A stretch of 34,051 bases of DNA from positions 160,545-194,595 of IMG/VR virus record IMGVR_UViG_3300048599_000816; one strand, 5' to 3'. A program made the translations under genes and the position numbers. This document shows, piece by piece, positions 26,067-34,051 of the stretch; the stretch's first letter is position 1, and every line of letters begins with the position of its first letter. Source of the stretch: a virus. The notes under the pieces were generated by a model. That model saw nothing but the letters and a program-made list of their open reading frames with translations. It did not search any database and was not told the origin of the DNA.

Positions 26067-26275
26067 AAATCTCTCCCACACTTTCAACAATGATGAAGGT
26101 AAATTTTTAAGGCGCGAAATAATTAGTGAATGTTATTATAAGGAAAGATTTTTATTGTAGGTAAGTTAATGATTTTTAATGCAGAATTGTGTGACTTTCT
26201 CATACTAAAAACTCCATTTTCGTAGGTGTATCTCATACATACGACAAATTAATTATCGTACCTTAAAATAATAAT
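26067..26275 (-). promoter_or_regulatory. 209-nt non-coding region between primase and the sigma gene. Contains a TATAAT -10 element and a near-duplicate 11-mer.
   Basis: Minus-strand TTACCT-N17-TTATAAT. GATTTTTATTG at 26147-26157 and GATTTTTAATG at 26171-26181. Imperfect palindrome cgtaggtgtatctcatacatacg at 26221-26243. No convincing ORF (26 aa at most). Confidence 0.4.
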
Positions 26276-27388
26276 TTATTGTAGGGCTAATGTAAATACG
26301 TTTTGCATATTTTTTGCATCATTAAGTGATTTTTCAAATTCATCTTTTGTACAATCATCAGGATCTTTTCCTTCAGGCAATACAAGATTAAAAACTTGAA
26401 TATCTGTAAGGTACTCATGCATAATCTTTTGTGCAGCTTCTTGGCCTGGATTTGATTTTTTTCCATTTATATCTATTTTATTATCGTTATCTAATGCTAT
26501 ATAAATTCGTTCAAAATTTTGAACTAACTGTTTCGTCTTATAAGAGTTTAAATGGCAACTTAAAAGCGCGACAACATTGTATCCAAATTTCATAATTCTT
26601 AATGCATCAAAAATACCTTCGCAAATAAAAACTTCTTTTTTGTATTTAATTGCTTCATCCCAGTTAAAAAACAACCTACTCATAGGCGTTCCAAAAGGAT
26701 AAAGTATTTTTTTGTAAAGATATTTATCAATGATACGTTGCTTATCTTGTTTTGAAAGATTTTTTGTCTTCATTATAGCTTTTGCTTTTGCCCATATATC
26801 TGACTTTCCCGACATATCTCTTGCAGCAAAAGTAATCAATTTATTTTGTAAATAAACTGGTATTATTAAACGTTCATGAAAAATTCTATCATCAACGCAA
26901 TACTTCATCCCATATTTTTTAATATCTTCCATACAAACACGTTTTTTTACTATATCGAAATATTTCTCAGCAGGTTCACTTGGGGGCAAAACAACTTCTT
27001 TTAATTGTTCATCATCTTCATCTTCTGTATGATTTTCATAAAACTGAAATGTAGAATTTTTCACTATTGAAAATACATCAACTGTCTCATCAATTCCCAC
27101 TTGTCTTCTTGCAAACGCTATTGCTTCTTTTGTAGAGTTTAGATTTTCTAAGTTTTTTATTAACTTAACAAAATCACCACCTCCGCAAACAAAACAGTTA
27201 TAAACACCATTTTTTTCTTGAATACCAAAAGACGGCGTAGAATCATCATGAAAAGGGCAGAGACACATAAATTCTCTGCCCTTTTTTGTCCTATAAGGCT
27301 TATATTCAATATTGTAGTGCTTAAGAACTTTTTCAAGATTTACTTTTGCGTAAATCTCGTCATAGATTTGTTCATAGTTCTCTATCAT
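26276..27388 (-). CDS. dnaG: DnaG-type DNA primase with a CHC2 zinc-binding domain and a TOPRIM domain (about 370 aa).
   Basis: CLCPFHDDSTPSFGI...YNCFVCGGGD is the DnaG zinc ribbon. FICEGIFDAL is the TOPRIM EGxxD. The ORF-track start is a GTG at 27430. The first ATG is at 27388 and overlaps the upstream gene by 17 nt. Confidence 0.8.
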   Translation of the reverse strand: MIENYEQIYDEIYAKVNLEKVLKHYNIEYKPYRTKKGREFMCLCPFHDDSTPSFGIQEKNGVYNCFVCGGGDFVKLIKNLENLNSTKEAIAFARRQVGIDETVDVFSIVKNSTFQFYENHTEDEDDEQLKEVVLPPSEPAEKYFDIVKKRVCMEDIKKYGMKYCVDDRIFHERLIIPVYLQNKLITFAARDMSGKSDIWAKAKAIMKTKNLSKQDKQRIIDKYLYKKILYPFGTPMSRLFFNWDEAIKYKKEVFICEGIFDALRIMKFGYNVVALLSCHLNSYKTKQLVQNFERIYIALDNDNKIDINGKKSNPGQEAAQKIMHEYLTDIQVFNLVLPEGKDPDDCTKDEFEKSLNDAKNMQNVFTLALQ

Positions 27389-28148
27389 TTTTAGCACACG
27401 TCTTTTTATACTGACAAAAATAACAATCACCTAGTCTTGAATTCAATTTAGGTTCTTTTGCAAAATCTTTCTTTGATATTCGTTCAAGCATATTGTTAAT
27501 TTGTCTAAACAAACTATTAAAATCTTCTTCAGTTCTTTGTGTAAACAAAATATCTCCATCAATAGGATATGCAAGCGCTCCATGAATTGATTCTAATGGA
27601 TATTTATATAGTTCTTTAATGAAAAAACTATAAAAAGTGATTTGTGTATTGTTGTCAATATCTTTCTCTTTGCTTTTTGAAGATTTCCAATCAAGACAAA
27701 TGATTATTTCATTGTTCTCAAGAATAATATCAATCCTACCTGACAAAAAAACATTATCAAGATAAGGATTAATAAAGGGTATCTTACAATATTTTTCTAT
27801 TTCAACTACTCTAAAACCTTCCCAACGTTTTTTCATTTTCTTGACATTTCCAATTTGCAATAATCCCTTAACTAAACAATCATCAAGTTCTTTTGCATTA
27901 GGAAAATTTAAACCCTTTGCTTCTGTACAAAAAGCTATAAACAATGCTTTCCAAGATGAAGCAATTTCATCTAAACTCATTCCATACTTGAAATGTAATT
28001 CTAAAGCTTTATGTAAGACTGAACCAAAAGTCGTAAAAATATATGCTTCATCAGCTGGTCTCTCATCAATAAACTGCCATTTGTACATTTGCGAACATTT
28101 AAAAAACGAAGACAAAGATGATGAAGAAACTGTTAAATAATCTCTCAT
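27372..28148 (-). CDS. Cas4/RecB-family PD-(D/E)xK nuclease with a 4-Cys Fe-S cluster (258 aa).
   Basis: One N-terminal Cys (FKCSQMY) plus C-terminal CYFCQYKKTC (Cx2Cx5C). GRIDIIL...ICLDWKSSK is a D...D-x-K core. TQITFY is a QhxxY motif. Confidence 0.6.
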   Translation of the reverse strand: MRDYLTVSSSSLSSFFKCSQMYKWQFIDERPADEAYIFTTFGSVLHKALELHFKYGMSLDEIASSWKALFIAFCTEAKGLNFPNAKELDDCLVKGLLQIGNVKKMKKRWEGFRVVEIEKYCKIPFINPYLDNVFLSGRIDIILENNEIIICLDWKSSKSKEKDIDNNTQITFYSFFIKELYKYPLESIHGALAYPIDGDILFTQRTEEDFNSLFRQINNMLERISKKDFAKEPKLNSRLGDCYFCQYKKTCAKNDREL

Positions 28149-29446
28149 GATTTCATCTCGTTAAACAAAAACTCTACTGCTTTTTCATTTACTGTACCAA
28201 TGTACATCGAGTTATAAGGTATTTTATTTTGTAACAGATCTTGCTTAATTTTTGCCTCTCTATTAGAATCAAATTTTAAAAGATTTGTAATTCTCATTGT
28301 ATAAGCAACAACTTCATCTTCTGTAGCTTTGATATCAAAATCCTTAACAATCTGTTCTATAACAAGTGACGTCTTCACTACTTGAATTGTACGAGGTGTT
28401 GTGTTTACGATAAAACTTTCTTTTGTTACTTTGCTTTCTTTTTCAAGTTGTCCTTCAGTTTTCCCCATACGTCTCAATAAAGCTTCCCACTCATTATCAT
28501 TTTCTTTATCGATCATCACTTGTGGAATTGGTGAAATTTCTGATTCATCAACAATTTTTGAAAGAATGACTTTTTTAAACGTATCAATTGATTTCTTTTG
28601 TTTTTCATCAAGTAAACGAATTTTCAAATTATCTTCATAAGCTTGAATAGAATCAAAACCCTTTGATTTTGCAAAACTGTCATTATAATCAGGTGCGACT
28701 TTGTATTTTATTGCATTTAGTTTTACAGTAAATATAACTTTTTTACCTGACAATTCTTTACTATGATAATCAACAGGGAAAGTCACATTTACTTGACGTA
28801 CTTCGTTAATTTTCATTCCGACAAGTTGATCTTCAAAATTATCAATAAATTGCTTTCTTCCATTGACAAGATCATTTACTCTAATCTGATAGTTCTTTGC
28901 TGTTCCACCTTTAAAAGGTGTTGTTTCTCCATCAAGAACACCTTCAAAATCTATTAAAGCAATATCAAGATTTTCTAAAATTTCTTTTGTAGAGTCGTGA
29001 ATTGTTTCGCTTTGTTTGATTTCTGCATCAATCTTCTCTTTTAACTCAACATCAGAAATAGTTGTTGCTTCAAGTTTCTCTGTTTCTTTTATCTTATCTA
29101 ATGAAACAAGTTTGACAGTCGGTTTTACTTCAGCAACAAACTCTATAGTAAGTGTTGATTTTCTTTTTAAATCTCCAAAGATCTTAAAATCTCTAGTCGA
29201 GACAAGACTAGTTTCTAATGTCGCAATGTCTCTAACAATCTGATCAATCATTGATTTATATAAACGTTCAACGCCAATTTTAGTTTCAGCAACATCTTGA
29301 GGTACACAACCTTTTCTAAAACCTGGTACTTCGATTTCAGACTTTACTCGTTCGTAAGCAGCTTTCTTTCTTTCATTCACATCATCAGCATCAACTGTGA
29401 CAATGTATTTTACAGGTGTTGGCATTTTTTCTGTCTTAATGTCCAT
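28145..29446 (-). CDS. tig: Trigger factor homologue: ribosome-associated chaperone with a PPIase domain, full length (about 433 aa).
   Basis: N-domain signature VPGFRKGCVP (trigger factor GFRxGxxP). FKBP-type middle domain: IDFEGVLDGETTPFKGGTAKNYQIRV...FIDNFEDQLVGMKINEVRQVNVTFPVDYHSKELSGKKVIFTVKL. C-domain: DSFAKSKGFDSIQAYEDNLKIRL and TIQVVKTSLVIEQIV...ATEDEV. Start placed at the ATG at 29446, with AAGGAG 7 nt upstream. The ORF-track start is 29491. Confidence 0.8.
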   Translation of the reverse strand: MDIKTEKMPTPVKYIVTVDADDVNERKKAAYERVKSEIEVPGFRKGCVPQDVAETKIGVERLYKSMIDQIVRDIATLETSLVSTRDFKIFGDLKRKSTLTIEFVAEVKPTVKLVSLDKIKETEKLEATTISDVELKEKIDAEIKQSETIHDSTKEILENLDIALIDFEGVLDGETTPFKGGTAKNYQIRVNDLVNGRKQFIDNFEDQLVGMKINEVRQVNVTFPVDYHSKELSGKKVIFTVKLNAIKYKVAPDYNDSFAKSKGFDSIQAYEDNLKIRLLDEKQKKSIDTFKKVILSKIVDESEISPIPQVMIDKENDNEWEALLRRMGKTEGQLEKESKVTKESFIVNTTPRTIQVVKTSLVIEQIVKDFDIKATEDEVVAYTMRITNLLKFDSNREAKIKQDLLQNKIPYNSMYIGTVNEKAVEFLFNEMKS

Positions 29447-29450
29447 TATA

Positions 29451-30896
29451 CTACTCCTTGTCTTTCTCGACAACTGTCGAAGATGCTTCATCTACTCTTG
29501 AGTCATATTCAAATCTCATAATATCGAATTTTTTTATAAAAAACAGTTTTGAAACACGTGAGTCTCTTGTCTTAGGAAAATCAAGACATGCTGTTTCATC
29601 ATCTCCTGTGATACCCATCATATTATCTACATTGTGTCCAAGTTTATCAGTGAAAGCTGCATCCATAGAATCAACTTCTTTACCGTGTAAATGTCTTTTG
29701 TGCGACTCTCTATTAAACTGACTTGCTCCTATAATTGGAATACTTCTTGATCTTGCAAGCAATTTTAGATCCCATGAAATTACTCCTACAGGATCGTCTG
29801 ATTTTCTATCGCTTGGTGTCATTAAATAAATTGGATCTATAATTAAAAGGTCAACCCTTTTACCCGAAACATTTTCGAAAGCAGTAATTCTTGAGTCGAT
29901 AAATTGACAATTGCAATTTTGAGGTGCATCAATTATCCAGTAAAAATTTGAATGATCTTCTTTGAGCTTCTTCATTTTTCGTTCTATTAATTGTAGCTCT
30001 TCATCGCTCATTAAATCTGGTGTCTTAATTTTATTGTATGCTACTCTTGTGACTAAGGATGTGAATCTATTTCTTTGTTGCACTAATGGCATTTCAATTG
30101 TGACATAAATGATATTGTAACCTGATTTATATGCATTATAACCAAAATTCAAAAGCAAAATAGATTTTCCCATACCTGGTCTACCAAGAACCAAAGAGAA
30201 CTCACCAGGTTGCCAACCACCAGTTGCTTGATCTATTTTTTTATAGCCTGTAGTTATTCCTTGGTATTTTTCAGGGTTTTCGCGTTTTTCTTTTAACTGC
30301 TCTATATACAAGTCAACGTCTTGAACAACATCTTCTTCTATAACTCTATATTTTCCATTAGAAAGAAGAACTTTATTTACAGAGTCTTGTATGTTTTGTG
30401 CCAAAACCATTGCTTCGTGTTTTTCGTCTACAAAGTCATGTTTTAACTGTTCATTTATTTTCAAATTAATGTCAAGAAGACTTCTATAAAAAAACTTCTC
30501 TTTTAATTTATCATACATTGGTTTAAAAGATTTGCTCTCAAATCTGTATGAAAAAATCTTCTCTAAAACTACCTTTTTTTGCTCGTACTCTTCTTGTTCT
30601 TTGTACTTAGATTTTAGCTCATCAAATAAAAAACTTTTAGATACACATTCTGAAAAAGACACAAAATTTTCTTGTAGTTTAGAAAACATCCATTGTTTAA
30701 AATCTGATGTGAATACTTCTTTAGGTAAGCCCAAAAATGTTACGTAAGACAAATTTGAGTTTATCTCGTCAACATCTGTTTTCATATCAAAATCATTATC
30801 GAAAACAAGCAGTCTTAAAACTTTACATTCTAAAACAACATCGACAAATGGTTTTGTATTTTCACTTGGAGCATCAGTTTGTTTTCTTGAAATCAT
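29451..30896 (-). CDS. dnaB: DnaB-family replicative DNA helicase (481 aa).
   Basis: GEFSLVLGRPGMGKSILLLNFGYNAY...VTIEMP (Walker A / H1). Downstream H2-H4-like motifs. Confidence 0.85.
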   Translation of the reverse strand: MISRKQTDAPSENTKPFVDVVLECKVLRLLVFDNDFDMKTDVDEINSNLSYVTFLGLPKEVFTSDFKQWMFSKLQENFVSFSECVSKSFLFDELKSKYKEQEEYEQKKVVLEKIFSYRFESKSFKPMYDKLKEKFFYRSLLDINLKINEQLKHDFVDEKHEAMVLAQNIQDSVNKVLLSNGKYRVIEEDVVQDVDLYIEQLKEKRENPEKYQGITTGYKKIDQATGGWQPGEFSLVLGRPGMGKSILLLNFGYNAYKSGYNIIYVTIEMPLVQQRNRFTSLVTRVAYNKIKTPDLMSDEELQLIERKMKKLKEDHSNFYWIIDAPQNCNCQFIDSRITAFENVSGKRVDLLIIDPIYLMTPSDRKSDDPVGVISWDLKLLARSRSIPIIGASQFNRESHKRHLHGKEVDSMDAAFTDKLGHNVDNMMGITGDDETACLDFPKTRDSRVSKLFFIKKFDIMRFEYDSRVDEASSTVVEKDKE

Positions 30897-31639
30897 AATT
30901 TATCCAATAAAGATTCACCAATTATATTTCTATAGTCTTCGCCTAATAATTTAACTTCAATTAATCTCTCTTTGAAATTTGAATAAAGTGCTTCACCCAG
31001 CAAATCTCTATTTGACTCTAGAGGATGATTTGAAGTAATTATTGTACACAAATTTGCATCATCACGCTTTGTAAATATTTCGTCAATATTTGCACGTTCG
31101 CTGTCGTTTATCTGACTAAATAATCTACCTATATCGTCAATAACAAAAAATGTACTGTTATTCACAACATAAGAAAAATAAGCTTTTTTTTCTTCACTTT
31201 TCCAACCCGATCTAACAAAATCTATTATTTCTGAAGATCTGCTAAAAAAAGAAGGGTAATAATGTTCAATTGCAATTTTTAAGATAATGATTGCAATTGC
31301 AGTCTTCCCAACACCATGTGAACCAGAAATATACAATCCTATTCCCTCTTTAGCAGCTTTTTCAATCGATGAAATATATTTCTCGATCTTTTTAATTTGT
31401 TCGCCATTAGACTCTATAGTTTCAATTTTGTCGCGTATTGTTGAAAATTGAAACTTAAAATATTTTTCTGGGATATTTGCAAGTAAAAAGTTTTTCTCAA
31501 AAAAATTATCAACAGAACTGTAATGACTCAATCTTTCAACAATTTTTTCATTTCCAAATCTTGAAATATCTATCATGCGATGAAAATGCGACCAAAATTC
31601 ATGCTTTAAAGGACTATCTTGTTTTTTTCTTGTTATCAT
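30893..31639 (-). CDS. DnaC/DnaI/IstB-like AAA+ helicase loader ATPase (about 248 aa).
   Basis: Walker A GLYISGSHGVGKTAIAI. Walker B FFVIDDIGR. The start is probably the ATG at 31639 (ATGA overlap with the upstream stop), not 31651. Confidence 0.65.
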   Translation of the reverse strand: MITRKKQDSPLKHEFWSHFHRMIDISRFGNEKIVERLSHYSSVDNFFEKNFLLANIPEKYFKFQFSTIRDKIETIESNGEQIKKIEKYISSIEKAAKEGIGLYISGSHGVGKTAIAIIILKIAIEHYYPSFFSRSSEIIDFVRSGWKSEEKKAYFSYVVNNSTFFVIDDIGRLFSQINDSERANIDEIFTKRDDANLCTIITSNHPLESNRDLLGEALYSNFKERLIEVKLLGEDYRNIIGESLLDKL

Positions 31640-32523
31640 TGTTGTATCCAATCATAATCTTTTTTTATCTCTTGCTCGCGTTTTTCTTCTAATAAAGTTT
31701 TACAACCTAACAAATACAATCTATTAAGACCCTTAAAGTCTTTAGTTCTTATGTACGCTTGATATGCTGTGTTACCTTCGATTTGTCCAGAAGCTATTTT
31801 AATAGCAAGTTGTTTGTTACTATCTTCAAACTCTTGTTTGTATTGTTTTAAAGTTAAAGTTTTTAAATCGTCTTTGTCAGCTGTTTTATCTGATCGTTCT
31901 TCTTGGATTTTTTTCATTATTCCATGAATATATGATGCAGGTTTTTTAGCATAATGACTTGTAATGTAAATATCACAAGTTTTTTCTAAAACAATTTGAG
32001 GTACTTCGAAAAAAGCATCAGTCAAAAACTTTATATCTTGTAACTCTACTTTTCCTTTTTCGCCATAAAGATACTTAACATGGCCTGAAATAAGTTCAGC
32101 AACTTTTTCAGAAAGTCTTGCATTTGAAAAACTAGTAACAATTCTATCAATGTATTTGTCTAAATAATCAGACATATTTCGTTTTCTTCGAATTTTTATT
32201 GCATCATCAGTCAAAATCAAACGAAATTTTTCATCAGAATTTTGAATCATGCCAATATTAAGTTCATAAGTATTCTGCCCGTAAATTCTTTTGACTAAAT
32301 TCCAATAACTTAATTCGCCCCAAGAGTACTCTATTCTCTCTTTATCTTCTGATATAAGTATATGTTTTTGAAAAACAGATGATGGAACAGAGATTTCGTT
32401 CCCCTTTTCCTTATTATCAAAATAAAAAAATATAAATCGTAATAAAGTACAAAAACTGTCAGGATTAAGCAGTTTTAAATATTGTTCGAGGAACTCTCTT
32501 GGGATCACATTTTTATCTTGCAT
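31636..32523 (-). CDS. Hypothetical protein (295 aa), possibly a replication initiation or organiser protein given its position 5' of the loader-helicase pair.
   Basis: ORF track. Function is inferred from position only. Confidence 0.45.
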   Translation of the reverse strand: MQDKNVIPREFLEQYLKLLNPDSFCTLLRFIFFYFDNKEKGNEISVPSSVFQKHILISEDKERIEYSWGELSYWNLVKRIYGQNTYELNIGMIQNSDEKFRLILTDDAIKIRRKRNMSDYLDKYIDRIVTSFSNARLSEKVAELISGHVKYLYGEKGKVELQDIKFLTDAFFEVPQIVLEKTCDIYITSHYAKKPASYIHGIMKKIQEERSDKTADKDDLKTLTLKQYKQEFEDSNKQLAIKIASGQIEGNTAYQAYIRTKDFKGLNRLYLLGCKTLLEEKREQEIKKDYDWIQQ

Positions 32524-32537
32524 GCCAATTTATAACA

Positions 32538-32813
32538 TTAATTTGATTTAAGTTTACTTTTTATGTAATCTCTTAAATCTATTTCTTGAGCACCTAAGAC
32601 GATAGCTTGTTGTCTTTTTGATTTTACAATATCATAATGTGGGAAACTTTTCTTGTTTTGAAACCAATCGCGTCTCAAACCCAATTTTGAAGCAAACTCA
32701 TGTAGTTCTTGTTCGTTGTCTGAAAACAAATGACACCATTGCGCTCCATATTTTCTAGCTAAAGGATCGATTTGTTCTTTGATATAGATTTGAAGCTTAT
32801 CAACATAGACCAT
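32538..32813 (-). CDS. DUF4031-like small protein (91 aa).
   Basis: YVDKL...WCHLFSDNEQELHEFASKLGLRRDWFQNK..PHYDIV matches the conserved W.HL..d..eELH.FA.rlGl.r.wfq...HYD pattern of that family. Confidence 0.5.
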   Translation of the reverse strand: MVYVDKLQIYIKEQIDPLARKYGAQWCHLFSDNEQELHEFASKLGLRRDWFQNKKSFPHYDIVKSKRQQAIVLGAQEIDLRDYIKSKLKSN

Positions 32814-32828
32814 AATCTATTAATTTTC

Positions 32829-33263
32829 TTAAACTTCTTCTTTAAGAACCTTATCTTTATTAGATTCTATATTTTCTTCAAAAATGCCAAGAAGATTATC
32901 TATAGACTCTCTTGCACCTTTGTCAGAACTATATCTTTCACTTCTAACTTCATTAGGAAAAGTTATGAAATTTTCTACATAATCATTAATACAAACTTCA
33001 GTTTTGTAAGAAGAAAATATTTTGTTTAATTGTGCACTAGGTGATATGTGCCAAATTTGCCATTGATTTAGTGCGTTCTTAATAGAAATAACAGATCTTT
33101 GAAATAACAAAGTTTTTACCCAAGAGCCATCTTGATCATTTAAATCAATCTGAAACATTGGTGAAGTTTCATTATCTAACCACGTCTGTACCTGTTTAAA
33201 AATATCACTTCTAAGTTCGTCAGGTAAAGAAATTTCTTGTTGTTTAAAAGTTCGTACTTCCAT
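32829..33263 (-). CDS. Hypothetical protein (144 aa).
   Basis: ORF track. Confidence 0.45.
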   Translation of the reverse strand: MEVRTFKQQEISLPDELRSDIFKQVQTWLDNETSPMFQIDLNDQDGSWVKTLLFQRSVISIKNALNQWQIWHISPSAQLNKIFSSYKTEVCINDYVENFITFPNEVRSERYSSDKGARESIDNLLGIFEENIESNKDKVLKEEV

Positions 33264-33292
33264 GCTTTTTACCTCTTTATCGTAAACACTTT

Positions 33293-33475
33293 TTATTGTT
33301 TGTTTTTAAATACTAGAAGTTGAACTGAAGGTATGTTGTCTTCTTCAAAAATTTCATATTTTACATTCAAAAACTTAAGTAATTCTTCTATTTTTTCTTG
33401 AGCAGATCCCGGGTCAGTGTCATAATCTATTTGAACTAAATATTCATCTTCTTTTAAATTAGATTTTTTCAACAT
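33293..33475 (-). CDS. Hypothetical small acidic protein (60 aa).
   Basis: ORF track. TAAATG junction with the upstream helicase gene. Confidence 0.3.
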   Translation of the reverse strand: MLKKSNLKEDEYLVQIDYDTDPGSAQEKIEELLKFLNVKYEIFEEDNIPSVQLLVFKNKQ

Positions 33476-34051
33476 TTAAAAGTGCTTCTTTACTTTAAAC
33501 AAAGGTTCAGATTCGTAAATTTTCATTCTTTTCTTTGAATGACCAGTAAGATATCGAATTCTATCATAAAAATCAACAATAATTGCTTCTTTTTTTTCAT
33601 TATTTTCAGCTGAAGGATATGGTCTTAATGTACGTCCCACTCTTTGTAAAGACTTAATAAGTGATTTTCCACCACCTGCCATAATTGCTGAACCTAAAGC
33701 AGGTATGTCAACGCCTTCGTCAGCAACAGAACTTCCTACAAGAACTTGTAATTGTTTTTTACGAACTTTGTTAAGTAAATCTTTTCGCATCTCTCCGTCA
33801 ACTTCACCTTGTATAAAAGCAACAGAGCTAACTCCCGCCTTGTCTAGCATTTCGCATAACACATCACCATGAGGTAACCTGGTGACAGTAATCAACACAG
33901 ACTTACCTAACTCGAGTAATCGTAGACAACTATCAACAATCATTTCATTTCGAAGTTTATTGTTAACAATATAATCTTCGTAAATATTCCTAAAAGATTT
34001 TTGGACATATTTATATCTTGGATGCTCATTTGGGTCAAGCATGTAGATGTG
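33476..34051 (-). CDS. SF2 helicase, C-terminal domain only. The 5' part of the gene lies beyond the window end.
   Basis: Motif VI QRVGRTLRP. Motif V-like LVGSSVADEGVDIPAL. The frame is open through the last 9 nt of the window upstream of the first in-window ATG. Confidence 0.65.
   Translation of the reverse strand, partial: HIYMLDPNEHPRYKYVQKSFRNIYEDYIVNNKLRNEMIVDSCLRLLELGKSVLITVTRLPHGDVLCEMLDKAGVSSVAFIQGEVDGEMRKDLLNKVRKKQLQVLVGSSVADEGVDIPALGSAIMAGGGKSLIKSLQRVGRTLRPYPSAENNEKKEAIIVDFYDRIRYLTGHSKKRMKIYESEPLFKVKKHF

Noticed and set aside
26101-26200. 26-aa ORF (MRKSHNSALKIINLPTIKIFPYNNIH) in the primase-sigma intergenic region
   Set aside because: Too short and low-complexity to call. It overlaps the candidate -10 element. 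I kept it only as a note under the regulatory-region finding.
1-34051. CRISPR arrays, tRNA/rRNA genes, integrase or transposase genes, and attachment-site repeats
   Set aside because: I did not see any regularly spaced direct repeats. There is no intergenic stretch long enough for a tRNA cloverleaf, apart from 26067-26275, which shows no acceptor-stem or T-arm pattern. No recombinase motifs are present.

Overview
The whole window is one minus-strand, densely packed block of about 40 genes that looks like the DNA replication, recombination and transcription region of a large virulent phage, or a prophage remnant of one. Many genes are translationally coupled, with stop and start codons overlapping. 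The sequence is AT-rich (my eye estimate is about 30% GC), and AGGAG-type Shine-Dalgarno sites sit 6-9 nt upstream of most start codons. That pattern argues for a phage of a low-GC Gram-positive host rather than a Bacteroidetes phage or a eukaryotic virus. I did not see an rRNA, tRNA, CRISPR array, integrase or transposase.

Genes recognisable from motifs, in transcription order (high to low coordinate): the C-terminal half of an SF2 helicase (cut by the window edge), a DUF4031-like small protein, a DnaC/IstB-like loader ATPase, a DnaB-family helicase, a full-length trigger factor homologue, a Cas4/RecB-like Fe-S nuclease, a DnaG-type primase, a sigma-70 family protein with an N-terminal extension, a NusG-like protein, an XPD/DinG-like Fe-S helicase, a 5'-3' exonuclease/flap endonuclease, a tandem HU/IHF-like protein, a T4 gp32-like zinc single-stranded DNA-binding protein (SSB), a RecA-like recombinase, an intrinsic terminator, a RuvC-like resolvase, a free-standing GIY-YIG homing endonuclease, an Mre11/SbcD-like nuclease, a von Willebrand factor A (vWA) protein with an intact MIDAS motif and a coiled-coil protein inserted between sbcD and sbcC, the Rad50/SbcC-like ATPase, a NYN-domain protein, a DNA-ligase-like protein whose motif I appears degenerate, a 47-aa zinc-ribbon ORF missed by the ORF track, and a second sigma-like protein. 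The leftmost 7 kb holds a block of unrecognised proteins that ends in a radical-SAM/SPASM-glycosyltransferase fusion gene truncated at coordinate 1.

The most unusual content, in my judgement, is the phage-encoded trigger factor, the radical-SAM/SPASM-GT2 fusion with its small coupled neighbours, the vWA insertion between the Mre11 and Rad50 homologues, the pseudo-ligase/NYN cassette, and the sigma plus NusG-like pair.
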